From the NCBI GenBank assembly GCA_003231645.1, contig QIIW01000151.1, positions 8,621-72,620 of the forward strand: DNA of 64,000 nucleotides, read 5' to 3'. The stretch's first letter is position 1; each line of letters opens with the position of its first letter. Below the pieces are notes generated by a model that saw only the letters and a program-made list of their open reading frames with translations, searched no databases and had not been told where the DNA came from. Of this stretch, positions 52,507-62,390 are shown in pieces. Position numbers and translations under genes: made by a program. This stretch comes from Acidimicrobiia bacterium (lineage in GTDB: Bacteria; Actinomycetota; Acidimicrobiia; Acidimicrobiales; Aldehydirespiratoraceae).

Positions 52507-52806
52507 ATGCTTCTCAACCAGTTCCTCCTTCTCGCCGCGGTTCTGTTCTGCATCGGCGTCTACGGCGTGCTCGTGCGTCGCAACGGCATGCTCGTGTTGA
52601 TGTCGATCGAGATCATCCTGAACGCGGTCAACATCAACCTGGTGGCCTTCGGTGCTCTCACCGACAACGTCGGCGGCGAGGTGTTCGCGCTGTTCGCCAT
52701 CGCGGTCGCCGCCGCCGAAGTTGGAATCGGTCTCGCCATCGTCCTGCTCATGTATCGCAACCGCCGCAGCATCGACCTCTCCGAGGCCGACCTGCTGAAG
52801 GGCTGA
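52507..52806 (+). CDS. nuoK2: complex I-like subunit K, second copy
   Basis: 99 aa, 3 TM, with MSIEIILNAVN and AAAEVGIGLA. Confidence 0.9.
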   Translation: MLLNQFLLLAAVLFCIGVYGVLVRRNGMLVLMSIEIILNAVNINLVAFGALTDNVGGEVFALFAIAVAAAEVGIGLAIVLLMYRNRRSIDLSEADLLKG

Positions 52807-52813
52807 ATCCGAC

Positions 52814-55108
52814 GTGAACTTCCTACTGCTGGCCGCCGAGAACGCAACCCAACTGCCGCTGGCCGTGTCGAACGGCACCAACTGGTTCCTCGAACACGCG
52901 TGGATCGTTCCGCTGCTGCCGGCGGTCTCGTTCGTCATCATCTTGTTCTTCGGCAAGCGCATGCCCCGCAAGGGGGCCGAGGTCGGCGTCGCCGCGGTGG
53001 CGCTGGCGTTTGTCTTCGCGGTACTCACCGGTGTCGCCTGGATCAACCACCGCGACAACTACACCCCACCTGCCGCCTCTGAGTCGGCCCTCGTGATCGA
53101 CGGAGGCGAGATCGCCCCGGATCAGGTGGTGCCGGCGGCCGAGGAGGCCCCGACCAAGGGTGAGGTCGTCACCGAAGGTGGCGGCGAGGCCGAGCAGCCC
53201 ACGGTCGCGATCCACAAGAGCACCACTTGGCTCCGCAACGGCGGTGTCGCATTCGACGCCGGCATCCTCGTTGACGGACTCAGCGTGTTGATGCTGTTCA
53301 TGGTCACGCTCGTATCGCTTCTGGTCCACATCTACAGCACCGACTACGTGGCCGGCGACCGGCGTTACACGCATTTTTTCGCGTTCCTGAGCCTGTTCAC
53401 CGCGGCGATGCTCTTTTTCGTGTTGAGCGACAACATCCTGCAGATGATCGTCGGCTGGGAACTGGTCGGCGTGTGTTCGTTCGTATTGATCGGTCATTGG
53501 TGGGAAGAGAAGGCCAACTCCGATGCCGCCATGAAGGCGTTCATCACCAACCGCGTGGGTGACATAGGTCTGCTGGTCGGTGTGATCATCCTCTTTTTCA
53601 CCGCCGGTAACGGCAGCTTCGACATTCTCACCATCAACAGCAACATTGTTTCCGGCGGGGTCAGCCACACCGCTCTCATCGTGGCCGCCATGTCGCTCAC
53701 TGCTGCCGTCATGTCGAAGTCGGGCCAGTTCGTCCTCCACACCTGGCTGCCCGACGCCATGGCCGGCCCCACCCCTGTGTCGGCGCTGATCCACGCCGCC
53801 ACCATGGTCGTCGCCGGTATCTACATGGTGGCTCGCCTCTATCCGGTGTTCTTCGAGGGGATGCAGATCGGCGGTTCCAGCATCAACCTGTTGGCCGTGG
53901 TGGGCGCCGTCACACTGGTGCTCGCCGGCCTGGTGGCGTTCGTGCAGAGCGATATCAAGAAGGTGCTCGCCTACTCGACCATCAGTCAACTCGGCTACAT
54001 GGTGATGGCGCTCGGGGTCGGCGCCTGGACTGCTGCGATCTTTCATCTCTTCACCCACGCCTTCTTCAAGGCCTGCCTGTTCCTCGGCGCCGGCTCGACC
54101 AGCCACGCCGTCCACAGCTTCGACATGAAAAAGGACATGGGCGGTCTCCGCCGGTGGATGCCCCACACATACCTGACCTTTGTCGTCGCTTCCCTGGCCC
54201 TCGCCGGCATCTTTCCGTTGGCCGGTTTCTGGTCGAAGGATGAGATCCTGTCGGGAACCGGTGGCTGGGGGCTGTTCGGTGGCACCGGCGGCAACGGCGC
54301 CTACACGTTCATGCTGGCCATGGGCATCCTCGGAGCGGCGCTCACCGGTGCCTACATGACCCGCGTGATCTATCTCACCTTCCACGGCGAGTTCCGTGGT
54401 CACGGCACGCCCCACGAGTCGGGCCGCCTGATCCTCGTACCTCTCTACGTCCTCGCCGGGTTCGCCCTGCTGGCCGGCCTGATCAATCTTCCCGTCGGAT
54501 TCATCACCGGCAACAACTCATCCTGGCAGGAACGCTTCGGCCACTACGTCCAACCGGTGGCCGGCTACTTCCCCGACATAGCCCAGGCCACCCCCAGCTA
54601 TTCGCTGGCAATCGTCTCGAGCTTCGTGGCCTTCGCCGGCATCGGCTACGCGTTCTGGTACTACTTCGTGAAGCTCGACCGTCTGGCTCGAGCCACCGGC
54701 GAGTCACTCACCGAACTGCCCGACGGCCTGGTGGCCAACAGCGCCGTCGCTCGTGCCGGACACACCCTGCTCGTGCAGAAGTACTACCTCGATCACCTCT
54801 ACACCGACATAATCGTCGGCACCACCAAGGGTGTGATCGCCAGAGCTGCCAACTGGACCAACCAGAACGTGATCGACGGCGCCGTGAATCTGGCGGGGCG
54901 CTGGTCGGTCAAGGTCGGGCGCTTCACCTACGACCGTATCGATCAGCCGCTTGTCGACGGTTTGGCCAACGCCACCGGTCGGGCCTCGAACTCCCTCGGC
55001 GACGGCTTCCGTGTCGTGCAGACCGGCAAGGTCCAGCAGTATGCCGCCCTCCTATTCGCCGCCGCCGCCCTCCTCGGCGGGGCCCTCGTAGTCGTCCTCT
55101 CACTCTGA
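52814..55108 (+). CDS. nuoL2: complex I-like subunit L, second copy
   Basis: Contains WELVGVCSFVLIGHWW and LPDAMAGPTPVSALIHAATMV. About 60 aa of acidic insertion in the TM2-TM3 loop. A short linker before HESG. Confidence 0.92.
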   Translation: MNFLLLAAENATQLPLAVSNGTNWFLEHAWIVPLLPAVSFVIILFFGKRMPRKGAEVGVAAVALAFVFAVLTGVAWINHRDNYTPPAASESALVIDGGEIAPDQVVPAAEEAPTKGEVVTEGGGEAEQPTVAIHKSTTWLRNGGVAFDAGILVDGLSVLMLFMVTLVSLLVHIYSTDYVAGDRRYTHFFAFLSLFTAAMLFFVLSDNILQMIVGWELVGVCSFVLIGHWWEEKANSDAAMKAFITNRVGDIGLLVGVIILFFTAGNGSFDILTINSNIVSGGVSHTALIVAAMSLTAAVMSKSGQFVLHTWLPDAMAGPTPVSALIHAATMVVAGIYMVARLYPVFFEGMQIGGSSINLLAVVGAVTLVLAGLVAFVQSDIKKVLAYSTISQLGYMVMALGVGAWTAAIFHLFTHAFFKACLFLGAGSTSHAVHSFDMKKDMGGLRRWMPHTYLTFVVASLALAGIFPLAGFWSKDEILSGTGGWGLFGGTGGNGAYTFMLAMGILGAALTGAYMTRVIYLTFHGEFRGHGTPHESGRLILVPLYVLAGFALLAGLINLPVGFITGNNSSWQERFGHYVQPVAGYFPDIAQATPSYSLAIVSSFVAFAGIGYAFWYYFVKLDRLARATGESLTELPDGLVANSAVARAGHTLLVQKYYLDHLYTDIIVGTTKGVIARAANWTNQNVIDGAVNLAGRWSVKVGRFTYDRIDQPLVDGLANATGRASNSLGDGFRVVQTGKVQQYAALLFAAAALLGGALVVVLSL

Positions 55109-55139
55109 TCTCTCCGACTGGAACCCGGGAACAACCAAC

Positions 55140-56738
55140 ATGACCGACTTCCTGAACACATGGGGCCTCACCGCCGTCATCTTCGTTCCGCTCATCGGCG
55201 CGGCGGTGATGATGCTCATTCCCGAACGCGAGGAAGAGACCCACAAGCTCATTGCGCTGTTGACCTCGCTCCTCACCCTGGGCTTTGTCGCGGCACTGAT
55301 GATCGAGTTCGACTACGGCGACGCCGGCACCATGCAGTTCGTGCAGGACAAGGGCTGGATCGACGTCATCAACAGTCGATACATCCTCGGGCTCGATGGC
55401 ATCTCGATTCCACTGCTGGCCCTCACCGTGCTGATCGTGCCGTCGGTGATCGTCTACTCGTGGCACCACATTCCCCACCCGGGCAACGCCAAGGCATTCC
55501 TGATCCTCAACCTCATACTCGAGACGGGCATGGTCGGCACGTTCCTTGCCCAGGATCTCATCCTCTTCTTCCTGTTCTTCGAGGTCGTACTCCTGCCGAT
55601 GTTCTTCATGATCGCTGTCTGGGGCGGTGAGGATCGGCGTTACGCATCGCTGAAGTTCTTTCTGTACACGCTGTTCGGATCCGCCCTGATGCTGTTGGGT
55701 TTCCTGGCGCTGTTCTTCCTCGCCAAGGATCCCGTCACCGGTGCGGCGCTCCATACCTTCGACATGAGGGCTCTCACCGCCTCAGCCGGTTCCGGCATCG
55801 TCCACTCCACCCAGCTGTGGATCTTCGCTGCGATGTTCATCGGTTTCGGTGTGAAGGTGCCGATCTTTCCGTTCCATACTTGGCTCCCCGACGCCCACAC
55901 CCAGGCCCCGACCCAGGGGTCCGTGATCCTGGCGGCCGTGCTACTGAAACTCGGCACCTACGGATTCCTGCGTATCGCCATTCCCATTCTGCCGGGGGCC
56001 GCGACCACCTGGGCCCCGTGGATCGGTCTGGTGGCCGTGATCGGCATCATCTACGGTGGCCTCGCCTGCCTGGCCCAGACCGACATGAAGCGCCTGATCG
56101 CCTTCTCGTCGGTGGCCCACATGGGTTTTGTGATGCTGGCCATCGCCACCATGACCCCGTTCGGTTTCAATGCTGCCATCTACGGAATGGTGGCCCACGG
56201 TCTCATCACCGGCATGCTCTTCTTCGTGGCCGGTTCGGTCAAGGAACGCTTCCACACTCTCGACATAAAGCGACTCGGTGGCCTGCTGATCTCGGTTCCG
56301 AAGCTGGGCTGGATTCTCGGCATCGTCACCATGGCTTCGCTCGGACTCCCCGGCCTGGCCGGCTTCTGGGGTGAGTTCCCGGCCATCCTCGCCGCCTACA
56401 ACCCGGCCAACGGCCTGTCGCCGTCGATCTTTCGCACGTTCATGGTCATCGCCGCGCTCGGCACCGTTCTGGCCGCCGGTTATCTTCTCTGGCTCTACCA
56501 GCGGGTCGGAATGGGCGAGCCGTCGGAGGAATTCGCGGCCGATCCCGGCATCACCGATGTCAACACCCGAGAGTGGCTGGCCTGGACGCCATTGCTGGCC
56601 CTCATCGTGGTGTTCGGTTTCCTGCCCGGTCTCATCTTCAATGTGACCGATCCGGCTGTTGTCCAGATCCTCGACAACTGCCTCCAGAACGCCGACGGTT
56701 GCACGGCCGTCGCGCAGTCGGCCCTCGGCCGAGGCTGA
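55140..56738 (+). CDS. nuoM2: complex I-like subunit M, second copy
   Basis: Contains FGVKVPIFPFHTWLPDAHTQAPTQGSVILAAV and AFSSVAHMGF. Confidence 0.93.
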   Translation: MTDFLNTWGLTAVIFVPLIGAAVMMLIPEREEETHKLIALLTSLLTLGFVAALMIEFDYGDAGTMQFVQDKGWIDVINSRYILGLDGISIPLLALTVLIVPSVIVYSWHHIPHPGNAKAFLILNLILETGMVGTFLAQDLILFFLFFEVVLLPMFFMIAVWGGEDRRYASLKFFLYTLFGSALMLLGFLALFFLAKDPVTGAALHTFDMRALTASAGSGIVHSTQLWIFAAMFIGFGVKVPIFPFHTWLPDAHTQAPTQGSVILAAVLLKLGTYGFLRIAIPILPGAATTWAPWIGLVAVIGIIYGGLACLAQTDMKRLIAFSSVAHMGFVMLAIATMTPFGFNAAIYGMVAHGLITGMLFFVAGSVKERFHTLDIKRLGGLLISVPKLGWILGIVTMASLGLPGLAGFWGEFPAILAAYNPANGLSPSIFRTFMVIAALGTVLAAGYLLWLYQRVGMGEPSEEFAADPGITDVNTREWLAWTPLLALIVVFGFLPGLIFNVTDPAVVQILDNCLQNADGCTAVAQSALGRG

Positions 56739-56744
56739 TCACCG

Positions 56745-58286
56745 ATGCTTGCCGCACTCGTCCAGGCAGGGGGAAGCTTCTCCCGGCCATCCGTCGACTG
56801 GCACGCCGCCTCGCCCGAGTTGATTCTGCTCGGGGTCGGCGTGCTGATCACCGTCATCGATGTGGTCTGGAAGCAAAGAGCTCGAAGCCTGGTCGTCGGC
56901 CTCAGCTCGGTCGGGCTGCTCGCGGCGCTCGTCCCTGTGGTCACTCTTGCTGTCGACGGCACACCCCGGTCGATGTTCGGCGGGGCGTTCGTGGTCGACG
57001 ACTACGCGCTGATCATGAAGGCCATCTTCCTTCTGTCGGCCTACGTCGTGGTGCTGATGTCGACCAACTACATCGCCGAAGGCGACTACTGGGAGAACGA
57101 GTACTACAGCATGTTGCTCACTTCGGTGCTCGGCATGCTGCTGATGACCTCGGCCCGTGATCTGATCAGCATCTTCGTGGCGCTCGAACTGTTGTCGATT
57201 CCGGCCTACATGCTCGCCACATGGCGCAAGCGCGATCTCAAGAGCAACGAGGCCGGCCTCAAATACTACCTGATGGGCGTTTTCGCGTCGGCCATCATGC
57301 TCTACGGCATGTCGCTGCTCTACGGCAGTGCCGGCACCACACTGCTGACGGGAATCAACAAGGCGGTGAGTGCCACCGACAAACCGACTGCGGTCGTGAC
57401 GCTGGGCGTGGTGTTCGTACTCATCGGGTTCGCGTTCAAGGTTTCGGCCGTTCCGTTCCACACCTGGGCGCCCGACACCTATGAGGGCGCCCCCACACCG
57501 GTCACCGCGTTCCTGTCGGTGGCCTCGAAGGCCGCCGGTTTCGTCGGGCTGATGAACATTCTGTTCGTCGGACTCATCGGCCGCAGCGACGTCTACCAGC
57601 CGCTGATATGGATCCTCGCCGCCGCATCCATGATCGTGGGCAACACCGTCGCGCTGCGCCAGACCAACATCGTTCGCATGCTCGCCTACTCGAGCATCGC
57701 CCACGCCGGCTACATGCTTGCTCCGCTGGCTGTGGTGTCGGCCGATGTGGTCTTCGCCGGCGGCGGTTCGGTGGTCGTCGCCGATCAAGCCCTGCGGGCC
57801 ACGGTCACCTATCTCGCCATCTACGCGGCCGCCAACCTCGGCGCTTTCGCGGTGGTGATAGCGGTGGCTCGCAAGATCAGAACAGCCGAAATCGACGGCT
57901 ACCAGGGGCTGTTCAGGTACGCCCCGGGCCTCACCGTCCTGATGACGATATTTCTGTTCTCCCTCGCCGGTATCCCGCCGCTCGGTGGCTGGTTCGGCAA
58001 GTTCAGGGTCCTCGAGGCGCTGATCTCGCCCGGTACCGCGTGGGGCTCAACGCTTGCCCTCCTGGTCGTCGTCAACTCGGTCGTGGCCCTCTACTACTAC
58101 GGCCGGGTGGCCGTGAAGATGTGGGTCGAGGAGGTGCCCGACGGTGACATGACCCCGGTGAGGGTGCCGGTATCCCTGGCGGCGGCGCTGGGCCTCACCG
58201 CCGTGGCCACTCTTGCCTTCGGGGTGGGCCCGGGCCTGATCGGCCACTTCACCGAGGTGAGCCTGCTCGCCGGTATCGGCGGCTGA
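56745..58286 (+). CDS. nuoN2: complex I-like subunit N, second copy
   Basis: Contains FKVSAVPFHTWAPDTYEGAPTPV and AYSSIAHAGY. Confidence 0.92.
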   Translation: MLAALVQAGGSFSRPSVDWHAASPELILLGVGVLITVIDVVWKQRARSLVVGLSSVGLLAALVPVVTLAVDGTPRSMFGGAFVVDDYALIMKAIFLLSAYVVVLMSTNYIAEGDYWENEYYSMLLTSVLGMLLMTSARDLISIFVALELLSIPAYMLATWRKRDLKSNEAGLKYYLMGVFASAIMLYGMSLLYGSAGTTLLTGINKAVSATDKPTAVVTLGVVFVLIGFAFKVSAVPFHTWAPDTYEGAPTPVTAFLSVASKAAGFVGLMNILFVGLIGRSDVYQPLIWILAAASMIVGNTVALRQTNIVRMLAYSSIAHAGYMLAPLAVVSADVVFAGGGSVVVADQALRATVTYLAIYAAANLGAFAVVIAVARKIRTAEIDGYQGLFRYAPGLTVLMTIFLFSLAGIPPLGGWFGKFRVLEALISPGTAWGSTLALLVVVNSVVALYYYGRVAVKMWVEEVPDGDMTPVRVPVSLAAALGLTAVATLAFGVGPGLIGHFTEVSLLAGIGG

Positions 58287-58293
58287 TCCCGAG

Positions 58294-59385
58294 GTGGGCG
58301 ACGAATCGCTCGCCGACCGACTGCATCGGCGTATCGCCGACAACGGTCCGCTCCGGGTCTCGGAGTGGGTCGAGGCCGCCCTCTACGATCCCGACGACGG
58401 GTTCTACATGACAGGTGGCCGGGCCGGCCGCCGCGGCGACTTTCTCACGGCACCCGAGGTCGGACCGTTGTTCGGCGTGGTCATGGCCCGCGCCGTCGAC
58501 CGATGGTGGGCCGAGGTCGGCCGCCCGGAGGTGTTCCCGGTGTTCGAAGTCGGTGCCGGCCCGGGTACGTTGGCCCGATCGGTGCTGCGCGCCGGATGCG
58601 AGGCTGCCCGCAGTGGTGCGCTGCGATGGTGGGCGACAGAGATCTCACCCGGGCAGCGCCGGCTTCACCCCACCCACGACCTCCTCAGGTCGGTCGGCTC
58701 GCTCTCGGAGGCCGTGACCGCCCAGGACAGCGGTGGGGGCGGTTCACGGCGGGGCCTGGTCCTGGCCAACGAATTGCTCGACAATCTCCCGTTCGACGTG
58801 GTCGAGCGAACCGTTGACGGTTGGTCGATGGTGGTGGTCGTGGCCGACCCCTCCGGCCCGGGTTTCGCCACCTCGCTGGGGCCGCTCCGTCGGGACGCGA
58901 TCGCGGAGCTGGCCGGGCTGGCTCCGGACGCCGAACCGGGTCAGCGGTTGCCGTGGCAACCACGCGCCCGTGGGTGGCTCGAAGCAGCCCTGGCGGCCGT
59001 ACCCGAAGGCAGGGTCGTGGTCATCGACTACGGCGCCACCACGTCCGACCTTCTGGCGCGTGGTGATGGCTGGCTGCGTACCCACACCGGGCATCGCAGC
59101 CGGTGTCGCTGGATCGACGAGCCGGGCCACCTCGACATCACTGCCGATGTCGATCTCGAGCAGTTGCAGCTCTACCACCGGGCCGATGTCGTGGTCAGCC
59201 AGGCCGAGTTCCTTCGCTCCCACGGAATCGACGATCTGGTGGCTGAGGGCCGTCGAATCTGGGAGGAGAGGGCATCGGTCGGCGACCTCGTCGCGCTCGA
59301 GGCCCGGAGCAGGGTTCGTGAGGCGGAGGCGCTCTGCGACCTCGCCGGCATGGGCTCGTTCGTCGTGGCGGAGTGGCGCACCTAG
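58294..59385 (+). CDS. SAM-dependent methyltransferase, MidA/DUF185 family (NDUFAF7 homologue)
   Basis: 363 aa. Contains DFLTAPEVGPLFG, FEVGAGPGTLA and ANELLDNLPF. Starts 7 nt after the nuoN2 stop. Confidence 0.85.
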   Translation: MGDESLADRLHRRIADNGPLRVSEWVEAALYDPDDGFYMTGGRAGRRGDFLTAPEVGPLFGVVMARAVDRWWAEVGRPEVFPVFEVGAGPGTLARSVLRAGCEAARSGALRWWATEISPGQRRLHPTHDLLRSVGSLSEAVTAQDSGGGGSRRGLVLANELLDNLPFDVVERTVDGWSMVVVVADPSGPGFATSLGPLRRDAIAELAGLAPDAEPGQRLPWQPRARGWLEAALAAVPEGRVVVIDYGATTSDLLARGDGWLRTHTGHRSRCRWIDEPGHLDITADVDLEQLQLYHRADVVVSQAEFLRSHGIDDLVAEGRRIWEERASVGDLVALEARSRVREAEALCDLAGMGSFVVAEWRT

Positions 59386-59394
59386 ACTCACCCG

Positions 59395-60036
59395 ATGACC
59401 CACCTCGAGCGCACGCCCCTCTCACGTGACCGAGTGGCTGCGGCGGCTCTCGATTTGATCGACGAGAGCGGTCTCGATGCGCTGAGTATGCGCAAGCTCG
59501 GCGCGGCCCTGGGTTTCGAGGCCATGTCGCTCTACAACCACATCGCCAACAAGGACGATCTCCTGGCCGCCGTCACCGACCGTCTCTACGGCGAGATCAT
59601 CGAGGCCTACGGCCAACCCGACGGAGACTGGCGGGCCAAGGCCCGGGCCATGACCTTCGCTTACGTGAGTGTGGCCGGCGCCCACACCGAGGCCGTGGGC
59701 CTGCTGGTCGAACGGCCGGTGCAATCGCCGCAGGGACTCGAGTTCCTGGGCCGGATCCTGTCGATCTTCGAAGCGGTCACCACCGATGTTCGTACCGCGG
59801 CGCTGGCGTTCACTGCGGTTTCCAACTGGGTGGTGGGGACGATCGTCCAGGAGCACGGTGCCATGCGGCGGCTGCATGCCGGCGAAGGCCTGGGCAACAC
59901 CGACGTGGCGTCCGAGTATCTGCCGATCGTCCGCTTCCGCGACGTGTGCACAAGTGACCTCACAGTTGAGGAGCGGTTTTCCGAAGGCCTCGAAACGGTG
60001 CTCGACGGGGTGCAGAGGCGCTACTTCTCGAACTGA
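59395..60036 (+). CDS. TetR/AcrR-family transcriptional regulator
   Basis: N-terminal HTH segment AAALDLIDESGLDALSMRKLGAALGFEAMSLYNHIANKDDLL. Starts 9 nt after the upstream stop. Confidence 0.9.
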   Translation: MTHLERTPLSRDRVAAAALDLIDESGLDALSMRKLGAALGFEAMSLYNHIANKDDLLAAVTDRLYGEIIEAYGQPDGDWRAKARAMTFAYVSVAGAHTEAVGLLVERPVQSPQGLEFLGRILSIFEAVTTDVRTAALAFTAVSNWVVGTIVQEHGAMRRLHAGEGLGNTDVASEYLPIVRFRDVCTSDLTVEERFSEGLETVLDGVQRRYFSN

Positions 60037-60123
60037 TCGCCGCCCGGTCGAACGATCGCCGGTGTTTCGGTGTCGACGGATGTGCCGATGTATCACCTGC
60101 GCTTGAGAGGCCGACGCCCCGGA

Positions 60124-60139
60124 CCGCCCCGGCGGGCGG
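60124..60139. terminator. GC hairpin (CCGCCC-CGGC-GGGCGG) between convergent genes. Candidate bidirectional terminator with no U-tract.
   Basis: Read directly from the sequence. It lies 4 nt from the stop of the minus-strand DUF4349 gene. Confidence 0.3.
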
Positions 60140-60142
60140 CGC

Positions 60143-61507
60143 TCAGAACTCCTCGGCCGGAGGCTCCTCGACCCAGGTCCTGCGGCGCCGGTGCCACCAC
60201 CAGAGGATCACCACGAGTAGGGCTGGGAACGGGAGAAACGGCAGTAGGCCACCGAAGACGATCAGGGCGATACCGGCGACGAATCCCAGCATGGAAGCGC
60301 CGGCCGAGAAGGAATCACCGAACCCCGGAAGCGGGTTGTCGTTCCTTGCAACGAGGGTCACGTTGGTCGAGGCATTCACCGTGCTCCTCGGCGCGGCCAC
60401 CGGTTCGGCACTGGCGAGCAGGTCGATCGACAACCCACCCACCGCCCCGCGGCGCCTGACCCGCCCGTCCTCCACGGCCAGATCCGTGGTGGCGACCAGC
60501 CGCTCGCCCGGATCGAGCCGCTCGACGCTGCCCTCAACGACGGTGAAGTCGGTGAGACGAAGTCGCAGCGAACCGCTCTCCAGGCGAATTGCGGTGAGGG
60601 GAGATTCACCGACGTTGTCGATCTCCACACACAACGTGGCGGAGGAATTCCTGTCGACGGTGAGGTCGAGCGAACCGGGGCACGCATCGATGGCGCCGAT
60701 GCCGAGCCCGGCAATGATGTCGATGGCTGCCGGTGGGATCACCGTGGCCGCTTGGGTGATGGTGAGAGTGATCGTGGCCAGCGCCACCTGATCCTGAACC
60801 GTGCGTAGCTGCCCTCGGAGCTGTTCGAGCAGTGTTTCGCGGTTGAGCAATTGGTTCTCGAGGTTGGCCAGGGCGTTGATGTCGCCGGCCTGATCGAGCA
60901 GCTTGCGCAGCCGCGCGACACTGGCCTCGGCCGTGGTGACCCGGCTTTGCAGATCGACGATTCGATAGGTCACGTCATCGGCGCTCACCTGCTGGTCGAC
61001 GAGGTCGCCGATCCGGGCGATGGATGCCAGGGCTTTGTCGAAGTCGGCCGGCTGAACCTTGAACGTCAGAACGGTCCGAGGAGAGCCCGATGTGGTCGTT
61101 GACTCGCCGAACACGATGCCGCCGAGAGCCAGCACGGCGTCGCGGGCCTCGGCTGCGGCCGCCGCGACATCGGTGACCTCGACGTCGATGGTGGCGGTGA
61201 ACACGATGTCGCGTCCGATGTCGGTCGGGGTGAGTGCGGTCGGAACGGCAAGGCCCGGTGTGTCGCCCGAGTCGGCTGTCGCCGTGCCACGGTCGGCGGG
61301 CTGGTTGGCTGCCTCCGCGGGGATTCGGGCCCCGACGTCCGCGGACTGCGCCGCTGCAGTTGTCGTCGCCGATGCGAAAGCCGCGGTGGGGGCCGACGAG
61401 CTCGATGATCCGCTGCTGCCGCACGCGGCCAGGATGAGCGCAAAGACGATCAGTATCGCGATCGCGTACCGGCGCGGATGCGCCCTGGTTGCTGTCTGTG
61501 CCGCCAT
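60143..61507 (-). CDS. DUF4349-domain lipoprotein with C-terminal TM anchor
   Basis: Lipobox LILAACGSS. A coiled segment VTYRIVDLQSRVTTAEASVARLRKLLDQAGDINALANLENQLLNRETLLEQLRGQL typical of DUF4349. C-terminal TM helices. GGGAGG SD 6 nt before the ATG. Confidence 0.78.
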   Translation of the reverse strand: MAAQTATRAHPRRYAIAILIVFALILAACGSSGSSSSSAPTAAFASATTTAAAQSADVGARIPAEAANQPADRGTATADSGDTPGLAVPTALTPTDIGRDIVFTATIDVEVTDVAAAAAEARDAVLALGGIVFGESTTTSGSPRTVLTFKVQPADFDKALASIARIGDLVDQQVSADDVTYRIVDLQSRVTTAEASVARLRKLLDQAGDINALANLENQLLNRETLLEQLRGQLRTVQDQVALATITLTITQAATVIPPAAIDIIAGLGIGAIDACPGSLDLTVDRNSSATLCVEIDNVGESPLTAIRLESGSLRLRLTDFTVVEGSVERLDPGERLVATTDLAVEDGRVRRRGAVGGLSIDLLASAEPVAAPRSTVNASTNVTLVARNDNPLPGFGDSFSAGASMLGFVAGIALIVFGGLLPFLPFPALLVVILWWWHRRRRTWVEEPPAEEF

Positions 61508-61646
61508 GTCGGCCTCCCGGTGTCGGTTGTGCGCACTGGGACGTGACGAGGGCCGCGCCGAGTTCCCACCGCCACCTGATCGGCCGCGATTCGTAACCCT
61601 GCCGTCACGACATTACGGAATCGGTCCACTCAGGGAATGAGTGCTC

Positions 61647-62390
61647 TCACTCGGTGTTGACCGAACGGAAGGATTCGACGGGTCGACCGGCCAGCCCGGC
61701 TCGGTCGGCGTTGGCTTCGGCCCATTCGGTGATCATCGCGGGCAGTGTCTCGGCCCGGGCGTCGTTCTGGCTGTGGTGAGCGAGGAGCGCCTCGATCTTG
61801 CGGTCGAGGGCATCGGTGATGTCGATGTAGGTGTTGGTTTCGGTGCTGGCCATCAGCCACAGGCGGGGCACCGAATGAGGTTCACATCCCTCGTGCAGCA
61901 GTTCCGGGAACGAGTGGGCGTTGCGGGCGTCTGGATAGACGGCGCAGGTGACGGCTTCGCCGGTGGCGAGATGGTCGGGGTGTGACGCGTAGATCCGGTC
62001 GAGATCACGGATCGGTGACTGGGTGATCACCAGATCGGGTTTCACCTGGCGGATCAGCCGGGAGATGGCTCGCCTCAGATCGAGGTCGGCCACGACGGCG
62101 CCGTCGTGGAAGCCGAGCCAATGAATTTCGGTGACACCCAGGATGGCGCCGGCGGCCGTTTGTTCGGAGTGCCTGAACTCCCTCAGTTCGGGCGGGGAGT
62201 AATGAGCCGGTTCGCCGGCGTCGCCGTCGGTGACCAGGCCGTAGACGACTTCCACACCGTGATCGACGAAGGTCGCCACGGTTCCGGCCGCACCGAAGTC
62301 GATGTCGTCGGGGTGGGCGACGATGACGAGAACCTTGGTGGGCAGAGGCTCGTCGTGTCCGGTGTGGATGAGGCTTTCGAGTCCGCTCAC
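61647..62390 (-). CDS. PIG-L/LmbE-family deacetylase (MshB/Mca-like)
   Basis: Contains VLVIVAHPDDIDFGAAGT, VTDGDAG and HPDH. Confidence 0.85.
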   Translation of the reverse strand: MSGLESLIHTGHDEPLPTKVLVIVAHPDDIDFGAAGTVATFVDHGVEVVYGLVTDGDAGEPAHYSPPELREFRHSEQTAAGAILGVTEIHWLGFHDGAVVADLDLRRAISRLIRQVKPDLVITQSPIRDLDRIYASHPDHLATGEAVTCAVYPDARNAHSFPELLHEGCEPHSVPRLWLMASTETNTYIDITDALDRKIEALLAHHSQNDARAETLPAMITEWAEANADRAGLAGRPVESFRSVNTE

